NCBI GenBank assembly: GCA_018812585.1
Contig: JAHJDJ010000312.1
Span: 1-44,518, forward strand
Source of the DNA: a bacterium
GTDB taxonomy: Bacteria > Electryoneota > B3-LCP
Reading direction: 5' to 3'
DNA: 44,518 bases
The notes under the pieces were generated by a model that worked only from the letters and a program-made list of their open reading frames with translations, was not told the DNA's origin and did not search any database. Every line of letters starts with the position of its first letter. Position 1 is the stretch's first letter. The position numbers and the translations under genes were made by a program. Shown here piece after piece: positions 35,572 through 44,518 of this stretch.

Positions 35572-37077
35572 ATGGATTATGACGTCATCATAGTCGGTTC
35601 CGGAGCTGGCGGCGGCAGCGTTGCACTTCAATTAGCCAAAGCTGGTAAGCGAGTCCTGATTATCGAGCGCGGCCGGCTTTTTACAGATCCTGAAATCGGT
35701 CAGAATGAAAAAAGTATGCTGATCGAGCGCATCGCTCACGATGACAGGCAGATTGAAATCAACGGGCGAAACGCACGGCTTTTTGTCAGCGGTATCGTGG
35801 GAGGTGGTACTTCGATCTACGGCGCGGCGCTGCTGCGCCCCAGTCCAGACGATTTTCACCCCGGGAAACACTACAGCAAGCATCTTCCTGACTATCTGTG
35901 TGACTGGCCCATCGATTATGAAACTCTGCGTCCCTACTATGATCAGGCCGAAGATTTGTATCATGTCGCTGGAAATCATCAGGCAGCGCCGCCTCATATC
36001 GCCAGCAGAGAAATCCCTTATAGTCAGCTTCCCCCAAACCTCGAACCGATCAACCAGAGATTATCGCAATCATTAATAGATCAAGGGATTCAACCTTTTC
36101 ACCTGCCCTTAGGTATCGACTGGAATATCTGTCTCCGCTGCCCAACATGTCCAGGATATGGCTGTCCTAATGAGTCACGCGCTTCCTCCTGGAAATGCTG
36201 CATCAGACCTGCAATTGAAAAGCATGGCGCTGAGATCTGGACTGAGACAGAAGCACTGCAGCTGCAACTCGGTGAAAATGGCCAGGTTCAGTCTTTGCAG
36301 GTCTTGCGCAGTCAGACGAGAGAAAAAGTCGAGATTACGGCGAAACTCTACATTCTTTCCGCGGGCGCGGTCTCTTCGCCTCACTTATTACAACGATCAG
36401 GTATCAAAGATAGAAGCGATGAGTTAGGCCGCAATTATATGTATCATGCCGGAGCTCTCGCTGTAGGTTTCTTCAAGCGCCCCACCAGCGCTGCGGAAAG
36501 ATTTATCAAGCAACTGGGATGGACGGACGATTACTTCGGGACTCCATCCTTTGAGCATAAATTGGGATACTTTCAGGCTCTACCCATCCCCGGACCCTTG
36601 AGTATCAAATCTGAAGCGCCATTTCCTGTGCCTTTATCAGCCGCGAAATTCTTGCATGCGCGTTCGATGGCTTTCGCCGGCGCGGTCGAAGATCTTCCCC
36701 GCCGCGATAATCGTGTCTCCGTCGCAAGGGATGGCCAGATGCGTTTGACACACCGATTTCATTCGTACGACATTTTCCGGGCTCGCTTCATCCTTAAACG
36801 GCTGCAGAAATTCCTAAAGAAGGCTGGCGCAGTGATTGTCGCCGGGGCGACGGCCGAAAAGGACGATCTGCATACTGCACATCAGGTGGGAACCTGCCGC
36901 TTCGGCAATGATCCGGAAAAGAGCGTACTTGATCCCAATTGCCGCTTGCATGGTGTCGAAAATCTGTACGTCATCGATGGTAGTTTCATGCCCACTTCCT
37001 TGGGAGTCGGTCCGGCATTGACCATTATCGCAAATTCACTAAGAGTTTCAGATCATATCATCAAAGAAGTCCTATGA
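35572..37077 (+). CDS. GMC-family FAD-dependent oxidoreductase with a Cys-rich insert
   Basis: 501 aa. It has the FAD dinucleotide fold (DVIIVGSGAGGG) and a GMC C-terminal region (HQVGTCRFG...VIDGSFMP). The insert CLRCPTCPGYGCP is encoded at 36130-36165. Confidence 0.85.
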   Translation: MDYDVIIVGSGAGGGSVALQLAKAGKRVLIIERGRLFTDPEIGQNEKSMLIERIAHDDRQIEINGRNARLFVSGIVGGGTSIYGAALLRPSPDDFHPGKHYSKHLPDYLCDWPIDYETLRPYYDQAEDLYHVAGNHQAAPPHIASREIPYSQLPPNLEPINQRLSQSLIDQGIQPFHLPLGIDWNICLRCPTCPGYGCPNESRASSWKCCIRPAIEKHGAEIWTETEALQLQLGENGQVQSLQVLRSQTREKVEITAKLYILSAGAVSSPHLLQRSGIKDRSDELGRNYMYHAGALAVGFFKRPTSAAERFIKQLGWTDDYFGTPSFEHKLGYFQALPIPGPLSIKSEAPFPVPLSAAKFLHARSMAFAGAVEDLPRRDNRVSVARDGQMRLTHRFHSYDIFRARFILKRLQKFLKKAGAVIVAGATAEKDDLHTAHQVGTCRFGNDPEKSVLDPNCRLHGVENLYVIDGSFMPTSLGVGPALTIIANSLRVSDHIIKEVL

Positions 37078-37847
37078 AAACAGTCGTTATTACCGGTATT
37101 TCCGGTGTTTTAGGATCCGCTCTGGGTAAGTATTACCTGCAGCAGGGTTGGAAGGTCGTCGGAGTATCCCGACAAAATAACCTCGAGGGAGATTACTTCA
37201 GTGAACTCTGCACGAATCAGCAAAAAAGCGAAGCAGATGCCAGGAGTCTGCTGAAATATGACCCGGATTTGATCATCGTCAATGCCGGACAGATCGAAAC
37301 TGAGGTGGGCGCTGAAGGCGTTCCCTTGGTCGATCAATTTGAGGCGATTACGACCGTCAATTACCGTTTCCCCGCCCTGGTCGGTTTGGCTGCTGCAGAT
37401 ATGAAGCTGAACAGGCGGCTTGACGTCGTTGCCATCGGATCGATTGCCGACGGCAGTCCTTCCTGCTTCGGGCCGGTGTACCATGCGTCAAAGATTGCCG
37501 TGCACTATTTCTACAGCGGCGTTGGGCCTATCGTGCATCACGCCAACCGTAACGTGCGAATGCGGCTTTACCGCCCCGGCGCTATCAAAGGACCGCTGGC
37601 CTGGGCGCCGATAAATCGTTTGAATGAGAAGGGGTATAAGATTCGCGCCAAGCGTGTTGAAGGAGCGCCTGAAGGACCGGAAGTCGTAGAGAAGATCGCC
37701 AATTGGATCAGCGGGGATGAATGGGTGGGGACTTACGAAGAGCCTTTCTCATTTAAGATCTTCAAATATCTTTTCGCGCTGGCTCCGAATGCGTTTTATA
37801 AGCTGCAATTACTTGGATGGCGCAAGGGCAGTAAATACACAACCTGA
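37074..37847 (+). CDS. Short-chain dehydrogenase/reductase (SDR)
   Basis: 257 aa. It has VVITGISGVLGSALG (TGxxxGxG) and YHASK (YxxxK). Its ATG overlaps the GMC stop (ATGA). Confidence 0.85.
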   Translation: MKTVVITGISGVLGSALGKYYLQQGWKVVGVSRQNNLEGDYFSELCTNQQKSEADARSLLKYDPDLIIVNAGQIETEVGAEGVPLVDQFEAITTVNYRFPALVGLAAADMKLNRRLDVVAIGSIADGSPSCFGPVYHASKIAVHYFYSGVGPIVHHANRNVRMRLYRPGAIKGPLAWAPINRLNEKGYKIRAKRVEGAPEGPEVVEKIANWISGDEWVGTYEEPFSFKIFKYLFALAPNAFYKLQLLGWRKGSKYTT

Positions 37848-37877
37848 TCGCAATTTGAGCTAAATCAGAAAAAAGAC

Positions 37878-37906
37878 TTGCAAAACCTTGATCAGGATTA
37901 TATATT
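37878..37906 (+). promoter_or_regulatory. Sigma-70-like promoter for tRNA-Pro
   Basis: TTGCAA (37878-37883), a 17-nt spacer, then TATATT (37901-37906), about 36 nt upstream of the tRNA. Pattern only. Confidence 0.4.
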
Positions 37907-37942
37907 AACAAGTCTTGATTCAGGGTTTATGCCTGATGATTT

Positions 37943-38020
<78 letters not shown>

Positions 38021-38031
38021 TAAATTAGTCG

Positions 38032-38066
38032 AAATAGCCGATGATTTTCTCATCGGCTATTTCTTA
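38032..38066 (+). terminator. Rho-independent terminator after tRNA-Pro
   Basis: A 13-bp stem, AAATAGCCGATGA (38032-38044) pairing with TCATCGGCTATTT (38050-38062), with loop TTTTC and T-rich sequence following. Confidence 0.7.
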
Positions 38067-38494
38067 TTGGAATTATCTGAACTCACCATTCTCAATCGCC
38101 TTTTCAGCACGATACCTGCCCCGTGATACTTTATCAGACCAAAAGGGTGTAGTGTGATTTTAGTGTTGCTTTGAAAACGGGCCGGCTGACAAGATGCTTC
38201 CCATAATGGGAGAGTGCAGCAAATATAATTGCAGTCGCCCTCGAAGTGCTGCGCCGCGACCAATCAAGAGATCTGAATTTGTCATTGAAAATCCGCCCAA
38301 AAAATAGTATATTGAGGTCGCTTCGGTGAGGACTGCCGCTTTCCGTGTCAGAAACACTGGCTGCTTCTATTCCGTTTCCAGTTTATCAAATTGCTGAGCA
38401 AAGCAATTTTAAGGAAATGACGAGACCAATTTGGATTTGTGAAACCAATATTTAGACTGCATTAAATGCGCACTTCAACAAGGACATTACACTG

Positions 38495-40093
38495 TTGACA
38501 TCAGAAACCAATAACTTACGATTCAGTTTGATCGCTGGTGGAGGACTATTCCTGCTGGCCTTCGTCCTTCGTTACATCGGATTATTTCGCCTGGACGTCT
38601 GGTTCGATGAAATCGCAGTGTTGTTGCAGACAGACCTCTCGCTTGCTGAAATCTGGCGATTTAACCAGAATGAAAACTTTCCGCCTCTTTTCCCCTGGAT
38701 CGTGAAGCTTTGGAGTTATATCGCTTCCTCCGACTCAAGCTACAGATTATTAGCAGCTTTAATCGGAGCATTACTCCCCCCGATCTCCTATTTTCTGGGA
38801 CGAGAAATACAGGACAGAAAGCTGGGAGTTTTATTAGGGATTTGTTGCGCGATATCCCTGCCCCTGCTGTATTATTCGCAGGTCGTCCGGATGTATGGAC
38901 TGTTCGTGGTGGCAAGTACAATCTCCTATCTGTTCTTTCTTCGCGCGATTAAAACTGAAAAACCCAGTTACTGGTTCATTACCGCATTGGCAAATCTCGC
39001 TGCCTTCTATGCCTTCCTCTTCGGCTTATTCATAATCATCACTGAATTCCTCATCTTAGCTTGGATTTATCGCAGCAATCTGAAGAAAATTCTACCTCCG
39101 CTGATCGCGCACATTCCAACTTTTATCCTCATGTCATTCTGGTTTGCAGTGCTTATTGACCGCTCAAATGTAGCGCAGTCCTACTTAGCGTCGCAAAACC
39201 TCTACGGCGACTTTATACGAATGTGGATGTTCCTTGGCTCTGGATCTGTTTTTTACAATAATCTGGGAATAGCTTTGGTCATCAACCTTCCACTTATTAT
39301 TGGTTTTATTCTCTCATTTCGCACTCTGAAGAAAGAAAAAACAACAGTCGCTACGATCACACTTCTAGTTTTGCCGATTTTTTTCGTTTCGATGGTTTCT
39401 GTGATTAAAGTCCCGGTACTTGATGGCAGATACATGTTATTCCTGACGCCCCTCTACTTAGTTCTCGGTCTACGAGGGTGGATACTTCTGAAGAATTCGA
39501 CCTGGCGTAAAATCGGAATCATCGCCGTGTTCGCATCCCTCTCTATATCCTCAGGATATTATTACAGTCATTTCCTGAGTGCCAACGACGACTTTCGACA
39601 TCATGGCGTATTTAAACATACTGAAGACGATGATGGAAACTGCTATTCCAGGATGGCTGATACTCTACAAGAACGCCTGCAGCCAGATGAGATTATCATT
39701 CATTTCGGAGGGCCCTTCCTGCGCTCCTTCACATTCTTCACCTCTATTTACTTTCATCACAGGACTTTCCCCGAATATTTATTTACGGCAGATGACGTCT
39801 CCTACTGCGTAGGTAGGCAATATATCCAGCCTGGCGAACAAATATCAACCTTGAATTCGTTAGATCAAATTCCACATGGAATCTGGGTAGTCACTCTGAA
39901 CGATCCCAAAATAATATATAAGTCTGACGAGCAAGACACTGTACCGCTTTCAAAGCTCGACAAATGGCTGGAAACAGGAAATCTCCCTGAAGAGTTGAGC
40001 AGATATAACTACCACTTCGAAGAAATTATCAGGGATGGCAGCCTTTCAGCGCTTTATTTCACCCGCACAAAACCAGTTCTTAACGATCATTAA
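38495..40093 (+). CDS. GT-C fold membrane glycosyltransferase, ArnT/PMT (GT39/GT83)-like, paralogue 1
   Basis: 532 aa with a TTG start. After the first TM segment comes FRLDVWFDEIAVLL, a DE-type motif, then NFPPLFPW and YYSQVVRMY. It has more than 10 hydrophobic segments and a ~170-aa soluble C-terminal domain. It is clearly collinear with the next two ORFs. Confidence 0.75.
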   Translation: MTSETNNLRFSLIAGGGLFLLAFVLRYIGLFRLDVWFDEIAVLLQTDLSLAEIWRFNQNENFPPLFPWIVKLWSYIASSDSSYRLLAALIGALLPPISYFLGREIQDRKLGVLLGICCAISLPLLYYSQVVRMYGLFVVASTISYLFFLRAIKTEKPSYWFITALANLAAFYAFLFGLFIIITEFLILAWIYRSNLKKILPPLIAHIPTFILMSFWFAVLIDRSNVAQSYLASQNLYGDFIRMWMFLGSGSVFYNNLGIALVINLPLIIGFILSFRTLKKEKTTVATITLLVLPIFFVSMVSVIKVPVLDGRYMLFLTPLYLVLGLRGWILLKNSTWRKIGIIAVFASLSISSGYYYSHFLSANDDFRHHGVFKHTEDDDGNCYSRMADTLQERLQPDEIIIHFGGPFLRSFTFFTSIYFHHRTFPEYLFTADDVSYCVGRQYIQPGEQISTLNSLDQIPHGIWVVTLNDPKIIYKSDEQDTVPLSKLDKWLETGNLPEELSRYNYHFEEIIRDGSLSALYFTRTKPVLNDH

Positions 40094-40145
40094 GAGCTGA
40101 AGGTGACATCAGCAGGTAGCTGCGCTTTCATCTAAGGGTATAATA

Positions 40146-41753
40146 TTGCAGAAACAAATCTCACGACAAATCTTCACGAAACGTGACCTCCCCATCATGA
40201 TCTCGCTGGGTATCTTTGCCCTTATCCTGCGTTTAATCAGGCTTTTTGACCTGGACGTCTGGCTGGATGAAGTCGTTCTCCTTCGTATGATCGAAAAGTC
40301 ATATATCGAAATCTGGTCTTTCTGTCAGACGGATAATTTTCCCCCCCTTCTCCCCTGGATGCTGAAAGCCTGGAACAGTTTATTCCCGGGTGAATTATCG
40401 CTGCGCGTTTTCTGCACGCTGCTGGGAGCTCTCACACCACCTGCAGCATATTTGCTCGGCAAAGTCGTAAGCGGTCGTAATTTCGGCATCCTGATCGGAG
40501 TTGCTTGTGTGGTATCTGCGCCACTGATTTACTATTCTCAGATGATCAGGATGTACACGCTGTTCCCCTTTTTCGCCTGTCTGTCATTCATTGGTCTGAT
40601 TATGGGACTGCGCACCAACCAGTGGAAATACTGGATATTGATGGCAGTAGCAAACCTGTTCGGCTTTTATCTGTTTGTATTCATGCTTTTCATGATCATG
40701 ATGGAAGCCATCGTTCTGCTGATAGCGAATAAAAATTGGCGCACCACCCTGATACGAGCGATTATCACCCATATCCCCACGGTTATACTGGTGACGATAT
40801 GGGTCATTCCTCTTTTTAGCCGCTACCAGAACCTGCAGGAATCCTTCTGGCTGAAACCGGTTTCTTACACTCATGTCGGAGAAGTCTGGTACTCGTTGGG
40901 ATCAGGCACCGATTTCTTTGACCGCTACAAGCTTGCTGCACTCGTAAATATCCCGTTCCTTTTAGGTGTTGGCATTGGTCTGAAGAAGTTCTGGAAGCAG
41001 GATGCCACGAGGGCAGCCTATCTGATTTTCGCCGGAGTCATTATCACGGTATTTGTGCTCTCGCTAAAGGGTCAGAATATTTTCTTCAAGCGCTATTTCA
41101 TGTTCCTCATTCCCAGCTACCTGGCCATGGTGTACTGGGGCTGGATGTCGCTACAATCAGGGATTATTAGAAGAGCAGGATTGGTGCTGACTAGCATCAG
41201 CCTGTTAGTTTCTGTTGGCTATTATTATGGAAGTTACCTCGAATACCATCAACACTATTTCTTCCCGGTGTCGGAAACCGGTGCGCGCGCAAGTGATGGG
41301 CATGCTATAAAAAAATTAGTTACCTACATCAGTGAAAATTCCGGTGATAACGACGTCATCCTGCATTATGCTCACCCGGAAAAAAGATCGTTCACTTTCT
41401 TTTCATCAGTTTACTACAAGCAAAATGATCTGCCGGAATATATCTATTCCGCAAAAGCAATCCCCGATCATTTCGGTGGTCAATACATGGAAAGAGACGA
41501 ATGGTTGAGAAGTCTTGATGATCTTAACTTCCAACCGACAGGAATATGGGTGGTCTCCCTGGATTCATTGGAAGCTGTCTTCGATAAGAACTATTTAGGC
41601 GGGCGCATCCGCGGCTGGACCTGGGTGCAGGATGAAAACCTTCCAGCAGAAATCTATGCGAATCATTATGTCGGGTTTGATACGATTCGCTTTGGCCAGG
41701 TGACCGCAATCCACTACGCAGTCGATCATAATGTCGAATCTCCCCATGAATGA
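40146..41753 (+). CDS. GT-C fold membrane glycosyltransferase, ArnT/PMT-like, paralogue 2
   Basis: 535 aa with a TTG start. It has RLFDLDVWLDEVVLL, NFPPLLPW and YYSQMIRMY, with the same architecture as paralogue 1. Confidence 0.75.
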   Translation: MQKQISRQIFTKRDLPIMISLGIFALILRLIRLFDLDVWLDEVVLLRMIEKSYIEIWSFCQTDNFPPLLPWMLKAWNSLFPGELSLRVFCTLLGALTPPAAYLLGKVVSGRNFGILIGVACVVSAPLIYYSQMIRMYTLFPFFACLSFIGLIMGLRTNQWKYWILMAVANLFGFYLFVFMLFMIMMEAIVLLIANKNWRTTLIRAIITHIPTVILVTIWVIPLFSRYQNLQESFWLKPVSYTHVGEVWYSLGSGTDFFDRYKLAALVNIPFLLGVGIGLKKFWKQDATRAAYLIFAGVIITVFVLSLKGQNIFFKRYFMFLIPSYLAMVYWGWMSLQSGIIRRAGLVLTSISLLVSVGYYYGSYLEYHQHYFFPVSETGARASDGHAIKKLVTYISENSGDNDVILHYAHPEKRSFTFFSSVYYKQNDLPEYIYSAKAIPDHFGGQYMERDEWLRSLDDLNFQPTGIWVVSLDSLEAVFDKNYLGGRIRGWTWVQDENLPAEIYANHYVGFDTIRFGQVTAIHYAVDHNVESPHE

Positions 41754-43362
41754 GGCGTCAAAAAACAGATTAAATCCCGACCTGCTGGCGCTGATTGCTC
41801 TGTTTTTAGCTGCATTTATTTTCAGGTTGATCCGCCTCTTCGATCTTGATCTGAATTTCGATGAGGTAATTCTGCTTTTCCAGGCGAACCACACCTTTAC
41901 AGGTATCTGGGAGGTGTGCAAGCTGGATAATAACCCGCCACTCTATCCCTGGCTGGTTAAATTCTGGATGTCATTCAACCAGAGCGATAGCTGGTATCGT
42001 CTTTTCGGCGCAATTATGGGGTCATTGACACCTCCGGCAGCATATTTGTTAGGCCGCGAGTTAGGTGATCGCAAATTAGGCTGGCTCCTGGGACTGGCCA
42101 CCTCAATCTCGGTGGGGTTGATATTTTATTCGCAGTTTGTGCGCATGTTCAACATTCAACCCTTCTTTGCCTGCCTGTCGCTGTTGATGTTCATCAAGGC
42201 GCTGAAGACTAACGCCTGGAAGTATTGGTTTTTGACGGCATTAACGAATTTATTAGGGTTTTATGTGTACCTTTTCATGCCCTTTCTCTTTGCCGGTCAG
42301 TTCATTGTACTGCTGTTGCATAACTGTCTGGAGATAAAAAAATACTGGCGTCCCTTCGCTGCCCATCTCCCCTATGTCGCCGGCATAATAATCTGGATGG
42401 TACCTCTATTACAACGATTCTCTGATGTTCAGGAAGCCTTTTGGACGAGTTCACACCACTGGACCGATTATATCCGCATCTGGTTTTTCTTTGGCACTGG
42501 CAGTGACTTTCGCGATCATTTTTTGTTGAGTATTCTCCTTAATTTGCCATTAATTGCCGGATTTCTCCTTTCCCTGTCAAAGCTTGCATCACAGCGCTAT
42601 TTGCGCTACATGATGATCATCTTCACCATTGCAATCCTCATAATGACCATCATTTCTAAAGCAGGACAATCGTTTTTTCACGAACGATACCTGCTCTATG
42701 TACAACCGATTTACATTGGATTAACTCTTGCGGGGTTCTACAGTTTAGGTAATAAGTTGGTGAAAACGCTGGGGATCGGGATCATATTTCTCATATTAAC
42801 AGGCTCTTTGGGATATTTTTATTCCGATTTTTACTATGCGCACAGTGGTGACGGCTTCGTGCGGCCTGCGCCTTATTCAAAACCGGGTGAAGGACATAAC
42901 CTATCCAAAGCCAATAGTGCCATTTCAGAGAATTTAAAACCAGATGAAGTCATCATTCACTACTCTAATCCCTTCCTTAGAAAATGTTCTTATTATGCCT
43001 CCCTCTACTATCACCAATTCAAGTTTTCTGAACACATTTATTCCAAAGAAGAAATCGCCGCTTACAACGGCCGCCAGTATCTGCAGCCAGGACAACAGAT
43101 CCGAAATCTGCATGATCTGGATCCACTGCCAAGTGGCATCTGGCTGCTTACCTTGAACAATGCTGATCTGTTCTTCAACGAGGACGTTCTAACAGGTCGA
43201 ATCAGACCGAAATGGATCTTTGCAGAAAACCTGCCGGTGGAACTGAGCACGGCGGGATATCTTCCGACCCAGACGCTCATTTTCGGAAAAGTAACAGTGA
43301 TTCACTTCCTCAAGCATGGAGACGTTGAATCTGACTATGTGGAGCCTGCGGACAACCCATAA
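41731..43362 (+). CDS. GT-C fold membrane glycosyltransferase, ArnT/PMT-like, paralogue 3
   Basis: 543 aa. The start is ATG 41731 or 41746; both overlap the end of paralogue 2. It has RLFDLDLNFDEVILL, NNPPLYPW and FYSQFVRMF. Confidence 0.75.
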   Translation: MSNLPMNEASKNRLNPDLLALIALFLAAFIFRLIRLFDLDLNFDEVILLFQANHTFTGIWEVCKLDNNPPLYPWLVKFWMSFNQSDSWYRLFGAIMGSLTPPAAYLLGRELGDRKLGWLLGLATSISVGLIFYSQFVRMFNIQPFFACLSLLMFIKALKTNAWKYWFLTALTNLLGFYVYLFMPFLFAGQFIVLLLHNCLEIKKYWRPFAAHLPYVAGIIIWMVPLLQRFSDVQEAFWTSSHHWTDYIRIWFFFGTGSDFRDHFLLSILLNLPLIAGFLLSLSKLASQRYLRYMMIIFTIAILIMTIISKAGQSFFHERYLLYVQPIYIGLTLAGFYSLGNKLVKTLGIGIIFLILTGSLGYFYSDFYYAHSGDGFVRPAPYSKPGEGHNLSKANSAISENLKPDEVIIHYSNPFLRKCSYYASLYYHQFKFSEHIYSKEEIAAYNGRQYLQPGQQIRNLHDLDPLPSGIWLLTLNNADLFFNEDVLTGRIRPKWIFAENLPVELSTAGYLPTQTLIFGKVTVIHFLKHGDVESDYVEPADNP

Positions 43363-43392
43363 AAAAAACTGAGCCATTTATTAACGACTCAG
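43361..43392 (-). terminator. Possible terminator of the convergent two-component operon
   Basis: On the minus strand, CTGAG-N14-CTCAG is followed by T8. The stem is only 5 bp. Confidence 0.3.
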
Positions 43393-43417
43393 GCTTGGGC
43401 TTTAATAGTTATTCTAT

Positions 43418-43798
43418 TTATGCAGTCAGTTGACTGACCAGTGACAGCAGTTCATCTGGATCGATCGGTTTCGACAGATACCCTTCCGGCGGCGGAACCT
43501 GGCTGCGAGTTGAAATGAATTGCCGGAAGTCATCAGAAACACCGGTGATAATGATGACCGGTATCTTGGCGAACGCCTCACTCGCGCGTAATTCCCGATA
43601 CAACCCCACACCCGATTTTTCCGGCATAGAGATATCCAGAGTTATCAAACTGGGCATTGACTCTTTGATTTTGGCTAATCCATCCCGGCCATCACCCGCG
43701 ATGATAACTTTGTAGCCATTATCTTCTAATACGGATGCGAAGTAGGTTTGCGTATCCGGCTCATCATCGATGATCAAAATCGTTTTCTGTTCTGACAT
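43418..43798 (-). CDS. Single-domain response regulator (CheY-like receiver)
   Basis: 126 aa. It has ILIIDDEPD, the phospho-acceptor context LITLDISMPEKSG, and a conserved Lys (YLSKP). Confidence 0.9.
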   Translation of the reverse strand: MSEQKTILIIDDEPDTQTYFASVLEDNGYKVIIAGDGRDGLAKIKESMPSLITLDISMPEKSGVGLYRELRASEAFAKIPVIIITGVSDDFRQFISTRSQVPPPEGYLSKPIDPDELLSLVSQLTA

Positions 43799-43857
43799 TT
43801 CTTAACTCCTGGTAATTTCCCCGGTAAAGCCTCCACACCAGAAAAAAGCCCGCAGTA

Positions 43858-44518
43858 CTATGGTCCCGGGGGCTTCAAAGCTTTTGTGCTATCAGGTTCA
43901 TCTTCCATGGGACGGTTACGCGGCAGGGACACGATGAATCTGGTTCCCTGACCCTCTTCCGATTCTAACGTAATCGACCCACCGTGTGCTTGAGCTATTT
44001 TATTGGAAATGAACAGTCCCAATCCGGTGCCCTCGGTTCCCTTGGATGAGAAGAACAGGCTGAACGCTTTTTCACGCGTCTCCCGATCCATACCGATGCC
44101 ATTGTCCTCGATCTCGAAACGGATATGGTCCAGATCGCCTTTCAAACTGAGCTTGATCTGGTGATGCTCCTTCTTGTTGTCCAACCGACAGGCGTCGAGG
44201 GAGTTTTCGATCAGATTCACCAGCAGTGTGCGGATGGCTTTAGGATCAGCTTCAAACTCACCCACTGAATCGTTAAGATTTTTATCAATCTGAACGTTAA
44301 GTTCCTGTGTTTTTGATTCGATGACGTTTAACACGTCTTCAACGATTTCAGCGCTGTTCAGCATTTCCCAGTTCGGTTCGCGGTCTTTGGCATAGTACAA
44401 AATATCCAGAACCATGCTGCGGATGCGCTTGACGTTACGCAGAACGATTTCCCAACCCTTCTTGACGCGCCCCTCGTCGCCCTTCATGAGACCGTTGTTG
44501 ACCAGATAAATCCCCCCG
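43858..44518 (-). CDS. Sensor histidine kinase, C-terminal part (gene continues beyond the window end)
   Basis: The HATPase_c boxes are N (LVNLIENSLDA), G1 (EDNGIGM) and G2 (GTGLGLFIS). The frame stays open upstream of the ORF-track Met at 44487 through to 44518, so the H-box and sensor part lie outside the window. Confidence 0.85.
   Translation of the reverse strand, partial: GGIYLVNNGLMKGDEGRVKKGWEIVLRNVKRIRSMVLDILYYAKDREPNWEMLNSAEIVEDVLNVIESKTQELNVQIDKNLNDSVGEFEADPKAIRTLLVNLIENSLDACRLDNKKEHHQIKLSLKGDLDHIRFEIEDNGIGMDRETREKAFSLFFSSKGTEGTGLGLFISNKIAQAHGGSITLESEEGQGTRFIVSLPRNRPMEDEPDSTKALKPPGP

Noticed and set aside
38057-38357. Minus-strand ORFs 38057..38263 and 38160..38357 after tRNA-Pro.
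   Set aside because: They overlap each other and the tRNA terminator, and have no RBS, motif or plausible composition.

Overview
This 44.5-kb bacterial window is probably from an uncultivated FCB-type lineage. The basis is that two large FG-GAP/VCBS proteins end in T9SS-type C-terminal sorting domains, and Shine-Dalgarno sites are patchy. It has three parts.

(1) Positions 1-8.7 kb are a compositional mosaic around tRNA-Gly(CCC).
- A GC-rich block (~100-3300) sits on the minus strand. It carries an SLC12/APC-type permease, a DUF5752-like gene and the first ~38 codons of a TreT-like glycosyltransferase, cut off at a sharp GC-to-AT switch.
- tRNA-Gly follows with its own promoter and terminator, then 740 bp of ORF-poor DNA.
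- Next comes a three-gene cassette of unrecognisable proteins (4380-8221), one of which has a bare HExxH motif.
- The region ends with a start-less GC-rich gene remnant plus a hairpin (8397-8682).
- The cassette is my best candidate for an undescribed accessory or conflict system.

(2) Positions 8.9-32.9 kb are housekeeping genes.
- These include pckA, a class-I aminotransferase, and two divergent FG-GAP/T9SS proteins flanking a small secreted repeat protein.
- A TPR membrane protein follows, then a long co-directional run: rimP-nusA-infB-rbfA-nrnA-truB-ribF-rpsO-pnp-M16 peptidase-ald-dut-polysaccharide deacetylase-merR.

(3) Positions 33.1-43.4 kb are an envelope-glycan-type cluster.
- It contains a PHP-phosphoesterase::GT4 fusion, a GMC flavoprotein with a Cys cluster, and a translationally coupled SDR.
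- tRNA-Pro(GGG) follows, then three tandem paralogous GT-C (ArnT/PMT-like) membrane glycosyltransferases.
- A convergent response regulator and a histidine kinase close the window; the kinase is truncated by the window end.

No rRNA, CRISPR array, intact integrase or transposase was seen. All family assignments come from motif recognition by eye; no searches were run.
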